Origin: Bacillota bacterium
Lineage (GTDB): Bacteria > Bacillota > Clostridia > Christensenellales > CAG-138
Reading direction: 5' to 3'
NCBI GenBank assembly: GCA_038562375.1
Contig: JBCFAY010000006.1
Span: forward strand, 31,658 to 95,657
DNA length: 64,000 nt
Below the pieces are notes generated by a model. It searched no databases. It was not told the origin of the DNA and saw nothing but the letters and a program-made list of their open reading frames with translations. The stretch's first letter is position 1; each line of letters starts with the position of its first letter. A program made the translations under genes and the position numbers. Below, piece after piece: positions 55,450 through 64,000 of the stretch.

Positions 55450-56181
55450 TCATACGTCGCCCGTGATCACGCCTTTGAACGACCGCCCCAGCGGGTGTAC
55501 GGTCTCATAGATATGGCAATACGCCGTCGCGCCCTCGATGGTGATTTCCACGGGAACGGTTACCGTTACGGCGCGGCCGGGCACCGTGCCCGAAATCGTA
55601 TCGCCGTCGTCGTCTTTGATGGTCATGTCGATCGGCTCCTGGGTCGCCGCAAACGCGACCCGGCTGACGGCGAACCCGTCGATGGAAGCGCCGGGATCCC
55701 CGAGCCCCTGCAAGGGGTTGTCCGGATTATTCTGCTGCATCATCTGTGAATACGCGTCGGCGGTGTACTCGATCACCTCAAAGGCGGCGTCCTGCGATTC
55801 CGAATGGTGCTTGAACAGCATGGCGAGCAGCTCGGTGCCCTCGCTTGCCGCCAGCTGCCGGGCCGATTCGAAATCCGGCTCCACCTCCAGCACGAGCTCC
55901 CCGGTGTAATTGCCCAGCGCGTCCGTTCCCCCTGCTTTGCTCGCGTACATCGTGAGCTTGTAATTCCAAACGAGGCCCATTTCATCGGTAACCTGCTGGG
56001 TATCGTCGATTTCGATCACCCAATCGGCCTCTTTGGGCGGCGGGTTGGTTTGACCGGGTTGCGCGGATGCCGCGGCGGCGGGCTCCTCGGAACCCGACTG
56101 AGGCAGGGGGGCGCTGCAGCCGATAAGAAGCAGCGCGCACAGGGCGGCCGCGATCAGACCTTTGATCCTAAAACGCTTCAT
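55450..56181 (-). CDS. Lipoprotein, unknown function
   Basis: Lipobox 'LLIGCS'. GGAAGGAGA lies before the ATG at 56181. Confidence 0.65.
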   Translation of the reverse strand: MKRFRIKGLIAAALCALLLIGCSAPLPQSGSEEPAAAASAQPGQTNPPPKEADWVIEIDDTQQVTDEMGLVWNYKLTMYASKAGGTDALGNYTGELVLEVEPDFESARQLAASEGTELLAMLFKHHSESQDAAFEVIEYTADAYSQMMQQNNPDNPLQGLGDPGASIDGFAVSRVAFAATQEPIDMTIKDDDGDTISGTVPGRAVTVTVPVEITIEGATAYCHIYETVHPLGRSFKGVITGDV

Positions 56182-56411
56182 TCGACGTTCTCCTTCCCTA
56201 TCGATACGCCGATGCCGCTGTATGAAAACGCAACGGAAAACCATAGGCGCATCGCTTATAAAAATAATAACAACACAAGGGCGATTTTACAAGATGGCGC
56301 GGGGGGGTCCGCCTTCGGGGCGCCTTCCCCGGCTTAAACCCGTTCGGCAGGCCCCGCCTTTTGCTTCCGGGGCCGGGGAGCGCCTCATGCCCGCGCATTT
56401 GGGTGCGAATC

Positions 56412-56440
56412 TTGTATCCGCCGGGACAAGCGTTTATAAT
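56412..56440 (+). promoter_or_regulatory. Promoter TTGTAT-17-TATAAT with an overlapping CTTGT...ACAAG dyad
   Basis: Located 49 nt upstream of the AKR start codon. Confidence 0.5.
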
Positions 56441-56488
56441 GAACTCATATCGCGCTTTTAATTGTGCCGAACGAAAGAGGTCGCCCAT

Positions 56489-57697
56489 ATGATCTATAAA
56501 TCCTTCAACGGCCTACGCATCTCGATGCTGGGGATGGGCAACATGCGCCTGCCCACCATCGGTCCGGCGGGGTTCTCAGCGCCGATCGACCACGCAAAGG
56601 CGCAGCGGATCATCGATCGCGTCTACGCGGGAGGCGTCAACTATTTCGATACCGCGTACATGTACCACGGCGGCGGATCCGAGAAGTTCCTGGGCGACGC
56701 GCTCAAAAACTTCCCCCGGAGCAGCTTTTATCTCGCGGACAAGATGCCCGCCTTTCCCGTGGCGGGCGGGCGCACGCCCGAATCCATATTCGAGGAGCAG
56801 CTCTCCCGCTGCAAGACGGATTATTTCGATTTTTATCTGCTGCACAACGTTACCGAGGGCATCATCGAACTGTTCCTGGACGAGCGCCTGGGCATCGTCG
56901 AATACCTTCTTAAGCAAAAAAAGGCCGGCAGGATCCGATTCTTCGGCTTTTCCAACCACGGCAGGCCCGAGACGATGCAGCGGCTGCTCGATCGCTGGGA
57001 CTGCTTCGATTTCGGGCAGATACAGATCAATTACCTCGACTGGACGATGCTCGACGCGAAGCGCCAATACGAGATCCTGACCGAGCGCGGGCTGCCCGTG
57101 ATCGCGATGGAACCCTGCCGCGGCGGTCGGCTCGCGTCGCTGACCCCCAAGGCGGACGCGCTGCTCAAAGCGGCCGATCCGGACGCCTCCGTCGCGTCCT
57201 GGGCGTTTCGCTACCTCCAAACGCTCGAGAACATGCAGGTCGTCCTCAGCGGCATGACTTTGATGGAGCAGGCGGAGGATAACCTCGCCACATTCGAGCG
57301 GCCGAACCCGCTGACGCCGGAAGAGCTGAAGACCCTCGGCCGGGCGGTGGACCTGCTCAAGGAAGAGCTCAACGTGCCCTGCACCAAATGCAATTACTGC
57401 GAAGGCTGCCCCCAGGGCCTCGATATCCCCGTCCTGATCGCGCTGTACAACGAGCATTGCATCGACCACAGCTTCTCGGTAACAAACGCGCTCGGCGCGC
57501 TGCCCGAAGAGAAGCTCCCCGATCGCTGCAGGGCGTGCGGCCAGTGCATGGAAAAATGCCCGCAGGGCATCGATATCGCGAACGTCATGAAGGAGTTTGC
57601 AGGGGCGATCGCGGGGCCTCCCCGGCGCAGTCCGCCGCGGGTCCGCACCATCGGCGCCGGTTCCAAAGCGAATAAACGGCAAGAGAGGTTGTTATGA
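56489..57697 (+). CDS. Aldo/keto reductase with a C-terminal 2x[4Fe-4S] domain
   Basis: 'GVNYFDTAYMYHGGGSE' AKR core. 'CTKCNYCEGCPQG' and 'CRACGQCMEKCPQG'. Confidence 0.85.
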   Translation: MIYKSFNGLRISMLGMGNMRLPTIGPAGFSAPIDHAKAQRIIDRVYAGGVNYFDTAYMYHGGGSEKFLGDALKNFPRSSFYLADKMPAFPVAGGRTPESIFEEQLSRCKTDYFDFYLLHNVTEGIIELFLDERLGIVEYLLKQKKAGRIRFFGFSNHGRPETMQRLLDRWDCFDFGQIQINYLDWTMLDAKRQYEILTERGLPVIAMEPCRGGRLASLTPKADALLKAADPDASVASWAFRYLQTLENMQVVLSGMTLMEQAEDNLATFERPNPLTPEELKTLGRAVDLLKEELNVPCTKCNYCEGCPQGLDIPVLIALYNEHCIDHSFSVTNALGALPEEKLPDRCRACGQCMEKCPQGIDIANVMKEFAGAIAGPPRRSPPRVRTIGAGSKANKRQERLL

Positions 57698-58326
57698 AGG
57701 TATTGCTGGTAAACGGCAGCCCCCATGAAAAGGGCTGCACCTATACGGCGCTGGAGGAAGTGGCACGCACGCTCCGCGAGGAAGGGATCGAGACGGAGTT
57801 TTTCCAGCTCGGCGCGAGGCCGATCTCCGGATGCATCGCCTGCGGCCTGTGCCGCAAGATCGGCCGCTGCGCCATCAACGACTGCGTGAACGATTTTGTC
57901 GACCTTGCCGAGGACGCGGACGGCTTCGTATTCGGTTCGCCGGTGCACTACGCCGCCGCGGGCGGCGCGATCACCTGCTTTTTGGACCGCGCGTTCTTCT
58001 CCGACCGCTGCGGCGGCCGCGGGGCCTTCCGCCTCAAGCCCGCCGCCTGCGTGGTATCCGCGCGCAGGGCCGGAACGACCGCGGCTTTCGACCAGCTCAT
58101 GAAATACCTTACGATCTCCGAGATGCCCGTCGTCTCCTCGCGCTATTGGAACATGGTGCACGGGGCGAAGCCGGAGGACGTCCTGCAGGACCTCGAGGGC
58201 CTGCAGGTCATGCGCATCCTCGGCAGGAACATGGCGTGGTTTTTGCGCTGCAAGGAGGCGGGCGCCCGGTCCGGCGTACCCTTCCCGGAGGAGGAAAAGC
58301 CCGTCGGCACGAACTTTATACGCTGA
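57694..58326 (+). CDS. Iron-sulfur flavoprotein / flavodoxin-like FMN reductase
   Basis: 'KVLLVNGSPHEKGCT' and 'CIACGLCRKIGRC' (Cx2Cx2Cx5C); 'GSPVHYAAAGG'. Confidence 0.8.
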   Translation: MKVLLVNGSPHEKGCTYTALEEVARTLREEGIETEFFQLGARPISGCIACGLCRKIGRCAINDCVNDFVDLAEDADGFVFGSPVHYAAAGGAITCFLDRAFFSDRCGGRGAFRLKPAACVVSARRAGTTAAFDQLMKYLTISEMPVVSSRYWNMVHGAKPEDVLQDLEGLQVMRILGRNMAWFLRCKEAGARSGVPFPEEEKPVGTNFIR

Positions 58327-58395
58327 CGCGGCGGTTTTTTAGTCAAATCCGAACGGATTACCGAACAATTGAATCTTAAACAAAGGAGCTTTGTC

Positions 58396-59562
58396 ATGTA
58401 TAACTTCAATTATTACAACCCCACAAGAATCATTTTCGGCAAGGATAAGCTGGATTCCATCGACAAATACGTCCCCGCGGACGCGAAGGTGCTCATCACC
58501 TACGGCGGCGGGAGCGCGAAGCGAAGCGGCCTGATCGATAAGGTCACGTCCGCGCTCGGCAAGCGGGCGGTCTATGAATTCGGCGGCATCGAGCCGAACC
58601 CGCGCTGCGAGACCCTCGCGAGAGCCGCGGCCCTGGTGCGCGAAAAAGGCGTCGATTTCATGCTCGCCGTCGGCGGCGGCTCCGTCATCGACGGGACCAA
58701 ATTCATCGCGCTCGCCGCCTGCTACGACGGAAAAGCGGAGGATCTGCTCGGTTACGGATTCATGGGCGTCCCGCTGGACGTCGTTGGCCGCACGATCCCC
58801 TTCGGCGCGGTGCTCACGCTCCCGGCCACCGGCTCGGAGATGAACTACAACGCGGTGGTCAGCCACGGCACGGGCAAGTTCGCCATCTCGAGCCCGATCG
58901 TATTCCCGCAGTTCTCCATCCTCGACCCGACGCTCACCTTCACGCTCCCCGCGATCCAGGTCGCCAACGGCATCGTGGACGCGTTCGTGCACGTGATGGA
59001 GCAGTATATGACGTATCCCGTGGACGCGAGGGCGCAGGACCGCTTCGCGGAGGGGCTGCTGCTCACGCTGATCGAGATCGGCGAAACGTCGGTCAGGGAG
59101 CCGGAGAATTACGACGTGCGCGCCAACCACGTCTGGTGCGCGACGCTCGCCTTAAACGGCCTCATCGGCGCGGGCGTCCCGCAGGATTGGACGAGCCACT
59201 CGCTCGGGCACGAGCTCACAGCGCGCTTTGGGATCGACCACGGCCAGACGCTCGCGGTCGTGCTGCCCTCTGTGCTTGAGATCCGGCGCGAGCAAAAGCG
59301 CGCGAAGCTCCTGCAGTACGCCGAGCGCGTATGGGGGATCAAGGAAGGCGCAGAGGACGAGCGGATCGACAAGGCCATCGCGAAGACCCGGACGTTCTTC
59401 CGGAGCCTCGGCATTAAGACCCGCCTGTCCGAATACGGCGTGAGCGCCGACCAGATCCCTGTCATCGTCGAGCAGCTCAAGGCGCACGGGATGACGGCGC
59501 TCTCCGAGACCGGCGACCTGACGCCGGAGATCAGCCGAAAGATCCTCGAGAACGCGTTCTAA
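58396..59562 (+). CDS. Iron-containing (group III) alcohol dehydrogenase, YqhD/butanol-DH-like
   Basis: 'LITYGGGSAKRSG', 'LAVGGGSVIDGTKF', 'THSLGHELTARFGIDHGQTLA'. Confidence 0.9.
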   Translation: MYNFNYYNPTRIIFGKDKLDSIDKYVPADAKVLITYGGGSAKRSGLIDKVTSALGKRAVYEFGGIEPNPRCETLARAAALVREKGVDFMLAVGGGSVIDGTKFIALAACYDGKAEDLLGYGFMGVPLDVVGRTIPFGAVLTLPATGSEMNYNAVVSHGTGKFAISSPIVFPQFSILDPTLTFTLPAIQVANGIVDAFVHVMEQYMTYPVDARAQDRFAEGLLLTLIEIGETSVREPENYDVRANHVWCATLALNGLIGAGVPQDWTSHSLGHELTARFGIDHGQTLAVVLPSVLEIRREQKRAKLLQYAERVWGIKEGAEDERIDKAIAKTRTFFRSLGIKTRLSEYGVSADQIPVIVEQLKAHGMTALSETGDLTPEISRKILENAF

Positions 59563-59588
59563 AATCGCTCATCAAGAGCATGACGATC

Positions 59589-59621
59589 AAGGTGTCCGCC
59601 ACATTTCACGGCGGACACCTT
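59589..59621 (+). terminator. Strong hairpin after the ADH gene (no clear T-run)
   Basis: 12-bp stem AAGGTGTCCGCC/GGCGGACACCTT. Confidence 0.45.
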
Positions 59622-59926
59622 AGGTTGCGGCAAGCTTCCATGCTCAGAGGAGGGCGGCAACGAACAGAGGCGGACGCCCAAAACGGTTAAACAGTCCTTA
59701 GGGGTTCGGGGGCCGATGCCCCCGGAGGCTTTATTCGCGAGCGGCGACCTGCGCGGCGCGAGAGAAAAGCCTTGCTCCGCAAGGCTTTCTTCTCAGGAAC
59801 CGCCGGCCGTACCGAAGGTGCAGGCGGTTCCTGCAAGGTCGTCAAAGCCGAAGGATTTGATACGGCATGTTGTTGAAATATCGAAAATCTAAGGATTTCG
59901 ATAAAATCTCGCAAAAGTGACGCAGG

Positions 59927-60295
59927 TCACTTTTGCGAAACTTTCGCGCGGATCGTGAGGATGTGTATGCTCACCGAGACGCCGACCACGCCCAGTATGA
60001 TCCACACGAGGGCGGAATGTACCAGCGCGGCGGAAATGCCCAGCGTCGCCCACAAAAACGCGATGCTGGTCCAGCGCGCGCGGCTGCTGATCCCGGTCTT
60101 ATTGCGGTAGTTCTGCACATATTCCCCGAAAAGCCGCATGTTTTCCAGCTTCTTCAAAAGCCTGGGGCTCGAAGCGCCGAAGCACCCGGCGGCGCAGAGC
60201 ACAAACGGCGTCGTGGGCCAGACCGGCAGTAGCAGCCCGATGCCGCCCAGCGCCAGCGCGATTGAGCCGAGGCAGATCAGCAGGATTCGCTTCAC
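59927..60295 (-). CDS. DUF454 (YbaN-like) inner-membrane protein
   Basis: '[24 protein letters not shown]'. The GTG start overlaps the catalase stop (GTGA). Confidence 0.75.
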   Translation of the reverse strand: MKRILLICLGSIALALGGIGLLLPVWPTTPFVLCAAGCFGASSPRLLKKLENMRLFGEYVQNYRNKTGISSRARWTSIAFLWATLGISAALVHSALVWIILGVVGVSVSIHILTIRAKVSQK

Positions 60296-61803
60296 CGCTG
60301 CATCGTCGCCTTCATCCGCTCGTCATGGGTCATCCCCGCGAGCCGGACGACCTCTCCAAGGTCGACTCCGAGGGCCTTTGCGAGCCGGGTCCCGTAGTCC
60401 TTATCCGCGAGATAGCAGTGCGCCGCATGCCGGAGCCGGACATTGTCGGTCACGCCGGTCATGTTGCGCGCGGTGTTTTCGATCAGGAGCGCCTTTTTGT
60501 CTTCCGTGATCAGCCGGTAGAGATCGCCCGCCTGATAGAAGCAGTTGTCGGTCTGATCGGCCTTGGGCTCGTAGGAATCCATCGCGCCGCGGATCTCGAG
60601 CGGCGGCTCCTTGTATTCGGGCTGCTCCGCCCATTCGCCGAAGCTGTTGGGCTGATAATGCTTCATGGCGCCGTAATTGCCGTCCACGCGCATCTGCCCG
60701 TCGCGATGGTACGCGTGCACCGGGCACTTGGGCGCGTTGACGGGGATCGAATGGTGGTTGACGCCCAGGCGGTAGCGATGCGCGTCGCCGTAGGAGAAGA
60801 GCCTGCCCTGGAGCAGTTTGTCGGGCGAGAGGCCCACCCCGGGCACGATCGCCGCGGGATTGAACGCCGCCTGCTCGACGTCCGCAAAGTAGTTCTCGGG
60901 ATTGCGGTTCAGCTCGAGCACGCCGACCGGGATCAGCGGGAATTCCTTATGGCTCCAGATCTTCGTGATGTCGAAGGGGTTCTCCTTATGGCTGTTCGCC
61001 TGCTCCTCGGTCATCACTTGGATGTAGAAGTCCCAGCGCGGGAAATCGCCCTTTTCGATCGCGCCGAACAGATCCCTCTGATGGCTCTCGCGATCCTTCC
61101 CGACCAACTCCCCAGCCTCCGCGTCGCTGATGTTTTCGATGCCCTGCCGCGTCCTCCAGTGGTATTTGACCCAGACGCGGCGGTTCTGGGCGTTGATCAG
61201 GCTGAAGGTATGGCTGCCGAACCCGTGCATATGGCGGTAGGACTTCGGGATGCCGCGATCGGACATGGTGATCGTGACCTGATGCAGCGCCTCGGGCAGC
61301 ATGCTCCAGAAATCCCAGTTGTTCTGCGCCGAGCGCATGTTGGTCTTTGGGTCCCTCTTTACCGCGTGGTTCAGATCCGGGAAGCGCAAGGGGTCCCGGA
61401 GGAAGAACACGGGCGTGTTGTTGCCAACCAGATCCCAGTTGCCCTCCTCGGTGTAGAACTTGATCGCGAAGCCGCGGATATCGCGCTCGGCGTCGGCCGC
61501 GCCGCGCTCGCCCGCCACGGTGGAAAACCGTATGAACACGTCGGTATTCTTCCCGACCTCGGAAAACAGCTTGGCCTTGGTGTATTTCGTGATGTCGTGC
61601 GTTACGGTGAACGTGCCGAACGCCCCGGAGCCTTTGGCGTGCATCCGGCGCTCCGGGATCACCTCCCGGTCAAAATGAGCAAGCTTCTCGATAAACCACG
61701 GGTTTTGGAGCATCATCCCTCCGCGCTCGCCGGCAGTTACCGAATTGGTATTGTCCGCTACCGGCGCGCCCGCCGCCGTCGTGAGTTTTTTGTTCTCGTC
61801 CAT
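60292..61803 (-). CDS. katA: Monofunctional heme catalase
   Basis: '[20 protein letters not shown]', '[22 protein letters not shown]', '[15 protein letters not shown]'. Confidence 0.97.
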   Translation of the reverse strand: MDENKKLTTAAGAPVADNTNSVTAGERGGMMLQNPWFIEKLAHFDREVIPERRMHAKGSGAFGTFTVTHDITKYTKAKLFSEVGKNTDVFIRFSTVAGERGAADAERDIRGFAIKFYTEEGNWDLVGNNTPVFFLRDPLRFPDLNHAVKRDPKTNMRSAQNNWDFWSMLPEALHQVTITMSDRGIPKSYRHMHGFGSHTFSLINAQNRRVWVKYHWRTRQGIENISDAEAGELVGKDRESHQRDLFGAIEKGDFPRWDFYIQVMTEEQANSHKENPFDITKIWSHKEFPLIPVGVLELNRNPENYFADVEQAAFNPAAIVPGVGLSPDKLLQGRLFSYGDAHRYRLGVNHHSIPVNAPKCPVHAYHRDGQMRVDGNYGAMKHYQPNSFGEWAEQPEYKEPPLEIRGAMDSYEPKADQTDNCFYQAGDLYRLITEDKKALLIENTARNMTGVTDNVRLRHAAHCYLADKDYGTRLAKALGVDLGEVVRLAGMTHDERMKATMQR

Positions 61804-61854
61804 GTCGCAGCCTCCTCTGTATTTATTTCTGGAAATATGGGAAATAAAAAAGTT

Positions 61855-61871
61855 TTAGGAATCATTCTTAA
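61855..61871. promoter_or_regulatory. PerR/Fur-type 7-1-7 box TTAGGAAT-C-ATTCTTAA overlapping the catalase promoter
   Basis: On the minus strand, TTGACA (61904-61899), 17 nt, TTAAAT (61881-61876). The box begins 4 nt downstream of the -10. Confidence 0.55.
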
Positions 61872-61982
61872 AAATATTTAAGCATATTTTGGAGGCGCTG
61901 TCAACAGCAATCGCCCGTATCATTGACAGTATAGTCGATGTATTGTATGATCTATGAAAATTCTCATGGCTGGTGCTGCATT

Positions 61983-62363
61983 ATGGGTATGACCAAGCAG
62001 AGGGCCGCAATTCTCAGCATCGTGAGAAATTTCAACGGACATCCCACGGTCGAGGATATTCACGCCCTCGCCAAGGAGCGGTTTGCGCACATCGGAACGG
62101 GCACCGTCTACCGCAATCTGAACATCCTTTCGGACGGCGGCACGATTCGGCGCGTGCAGATTCCCAATCAGCCCGTACGCTATGACAAGATGCTTTCGGA
62201 GCACGAGCACATCGTGTGCGTCAAATGCGGCGGCGTTGCGGACATCCCTTCGCTCGAGCTCGACCTTGGCAAGCTCCCCGCCGACGTCGATGTTCTATCC
62301 CATTCGCTTTTCGTCTATTGCATCTGCAAGGACTGCCTCAAACAAAACCGCCGTCCGGATTGA
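61983..62363 (+). CDS. perR: Fur-family regulator, PerR-like by context
   Basis: 'TKQRAAILSIV...HPTVEDIHALA...GTVYRNLNIL' winged helix. 'HEHIVCVKCGG' and 'CICKDC' Zn sites. Divergent from catalase. Confidence 0.8.
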   Translation: MGMTKQRAAILSIVRNFNGHPTVEDIHALAKERFAHIGTGTVYRNLNILSDGGTIRRVQIPNQPVRYDKMLSEHEHIVCVKCGGVADIPSLELDLGKLPADVDVLSHSLFVYCICKDCLKQNRRPD

Positions 62364-62605
62364 AACGCCTGTTTGACCGTCCAAAAACAAGCCTCACGGC
62401 GCAAATACGCCTGCAAAACCGCCGCCCTTCGGGCGGCCGTCCGATAGCAAATCCATTCTCGGGCATCGTCCCGACCCTGCGGCTTTTTTGAAGAATAGCA
62501 ATTAAAACTATGGAAATCACTTTGCGAGGCGTTTTGTACGCCATGACGGGCACGCGCGCACGCTGCGGCGGGCCATAGTCCGCACAGACATCCAAGGAGG
62601 TCAAT

Positions 62606-63571
62606 ATGTTTTGCAGCCATTGCGGGGAGCAACTGAATCCGGAGGCGAAATTCTGCGCCCGCTGCGGCAAGGCGATCGCGGGCGCATCGGCGGAGTCCGG
62701 GCGGGAGGCGTCCGCCCCGCCCCAGGCAAATTATCCGCCGCCGGTTCAGCCGCCCGCCGCCCCGAAATCCGCGGTCAAAAACCCCAGGGGCAAGCATGTG
62801 TTGTTCGGCGTGTGCGGGATGGCTGCGGGCGCGATACTGCTTGCACTGATCCTGTTCGCGGCCGGGGTGTTTGCCCCCGCCGCGGGGGGAACCATCGAGG
62901 GCCCCGGCTTCGCGACGCCGGAGGACGCCGCCAAGGCGTACCTGAACGGTCTTCGGGATCAGGATATGGACGCGATGCTCTCCGCTTTCGCCGTGGAAAG
63001 CTATGTGGAGCATTACGACCTTAAGGCCATGGTCGAGCGGATAAGGATGTATCAGCCCGGCCTTGAGGTGCCCCTCCCCAACACCACCGAGTATACCCGC
63101 CGGATGAACATCGCGTCCCGCACAAGCCAGATCGCGGGCGCCGCCATTACCCAGTATCTCTACTACAACGCGCCCGACGAGCTCAACGGGTACGCGGCCA
63201 CCGTGCTCAAGGACCCGCAGGAGGTCGCGGACTTCATGGAGAAGTTTGAGCGCGACACAAAGAGTTATGTGTTCGAGGACCTGGCGATCGCCGACGTCCT
63301 GCGGCCGGAGGATCTCTCGCCCCAGTATCTGGCGGAGGCCAACCAGGAAAACATAAAAAGGCAGGCGAAAACCTTCGGCGCGGGCTCGGGCGATGTGGCC
63401 AATCTCGCCATCGCCTTCGAGGCGGACGGGCGGCTATGGCTGTTCTGCCCGCAGGCGGTCCGCTACGGCGGCAGGTGGTATCTCCAATCGCTGCAGGGCA
63501 ATTTGGCCAATCTTTTAGGGATGCCCGTCTACTCCGGCGGCATTATGCCCGCGGATCTTTTGGGCCCATGA
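62606..63571 (+). CDS. Membrane protein: N-terminal zinc ribbon, P-rich linker, one TM, extracytoplasmic domain
   Basis: 'CSHCGEQLNPEAKFCARCG'. TM 'VLFGVCGMAAGAILLALILFAAGVF'. Confidence 0.65.
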   Translation: MFCSHCGEQLNPEAKFCARCGKAIAGASAESGREASAPPQANYPPPVQPPAAPKSAVKNPRGKHVLFGVCGMAAGAILLALILFAAGVFAPAAGGTIEGPGFATPEDAAKAYLNGLRDQDMDAMLSAFAVESYVEHYDLKAMVERIRMYQPGLEVPLPNTTEYTRRMNIASRTSQIAGAAITQYLYYNAPDELNGYAATVLKDPQEVADFMEKFERDTKSYVFEDLAIADVLRPEDLSPQYLAEANQENIKRQAKTFGAGSGDVANLAIAFEADGRLWLFCPQAVRYGGRWYLQSLQGNLANLLGMPVYSGGIMPADLLGP

Positions 63572-63682
63572 CAATACGGGGCGCGGCCGACAATAACTAA
63601 GGACACAAAGAGGAACGGCAAGGCCGTTCCTCTTTTACCTCCGATAAAGTCCTTAGGACTCTATCACCGGGGTTCGCTCGTA

Positions 63683-64000
63683 TTATCCCGCCGTTTCGAA
63701 CTGGCTGTTGTACAGGCTCGAGTAGAAGCCGTTCCTCTGCAAAAGCTCCGTATGCGTCCCCTGTTCGACGATATCCCCGTCCCGCATGACGAGGATCAGG
63801 TCGGCGTTCCTTATGGTGGAGAGCCTGTGGGCGATGACGAAGCTCGTGCGGCCCTTCATCAGGTGGTCCATCGCCTTCTGGATCAGGACCTCGGTGCGGG
63901 TATCGACGCTGCTTGTCGCCTCGTCGAGGATGAGGATCTCGGGGTCCGCGAGGATCGCCCGCGCGATGGTGAGGAGCTGCTTCTGGCCCTGGGAGATGTT
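63683..64000 (-). CDS. ABC transporter ATPase domain (C-terminal end of an ABC exporter; 5' part beyond the window)
   Basis: The reverse frame is open to the window edge. It reads '[32 protein letters not shown]...[11 protein letters not shown]'. Confidence 0.85.
   Translation of the reverse strand, partial: NISQGQKQLLTIARAILADPEILILDEATSSVDTRTEVLIQKAMDHLMKGRTSFVIAHRLSTIRNADLILVMRDGDIVEQGTHTELLQRNGFYSSLYNSQFETAG

Noticed and set aside
60262-61881. 539-aa plus-strand ORF
   Set aside because: It is antisense to a textbook heme catalase and has no recognisable motif.
1-64000. tRNA, rRNA, tmRNA and CRISPR arrays
   Set aside because: None was recognised by eye in any intergenic region. This is a weak negative, and tRNAscan-SE, Infernal or a CRISPR finder should be run.

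Overview
All calls come from reading the six-frame translations and the DNA by eye. No database search or computation was run, so family names come from remembered motifs and GC statements are visual estimates. The window looks like a high-GC Clostridia-type chromosome. That is an inference from a sortase-anchored surface protein, an NlpC/P60+LysM endolysin, large serine recombinases and anaerobe redox genes; the taxon is not provable here. There are three blocks.

(1) 1 to ~27.95 kb is the right-hand ~28 kb of an HK97-type siphovirus prophage, entirely on the + strand. In order it carries:
- replication genes (VirE-like NTPase, an iteron-like array, VRR-NUC, SNF2 helicase) and a DUF1492 late regulator
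- packaging genes (HNH, small terminase, a ParB-methyltransferase insert, large terminase)
- head genes (portal, ClpP-like protease, HK97 capsid, connectors)
- tail genes (tail tube, G/GT chaperone with a -1 slippery site, a tape measure with 132-bp tandem repeats, then an AT-rich moron, then Dit and tail tip genes)
- a lysis cassette
- an HTH/zinc-ribbon gene, a small ORF and two translationally coupled large serine recombinases.

(2) ~27.96 to 34.45 kb is a visibly AT-rich island. It carries hybrid-cluster protein (Hcp), rubredoxin, two cupins, a DsrE-like protein, a NapH-like ferredoxin membrane protein, a split permease with a fused ferredoxin domain, a Crp/Fnr regulator and a relic serine-recombinase fragment.

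(3) 34.5 to 64 kb is GC-rich chromosome:
- a glycine-repeat cell-wall protein and a divergent 2-hydroxyacid dehydrogenase homolog
- lplA-lipA
- a MoeA-like gene with modABC, followed by XdhC, a TIM-barrel protein and a G3E GTPase
- a four-gene envelope cluster of unknown function
- a redox/peroxide block (AKR-FeS, iron-sulfur flavoprotein, Fe-ADH, DUF454, catalase, PerR-like Fur).

No rRNA, tRNA or CRISPR array was seen. No canonical defence system is recognisable. The best candidates for something undescribed are the promoter-bearing FecR/TM/zinc-ribbon moron inside the tail module, the ferredoxin-fused split permease with a NapH-like protein in the Hcp island, and the four-gene envelope cluster at 51-56 kb.
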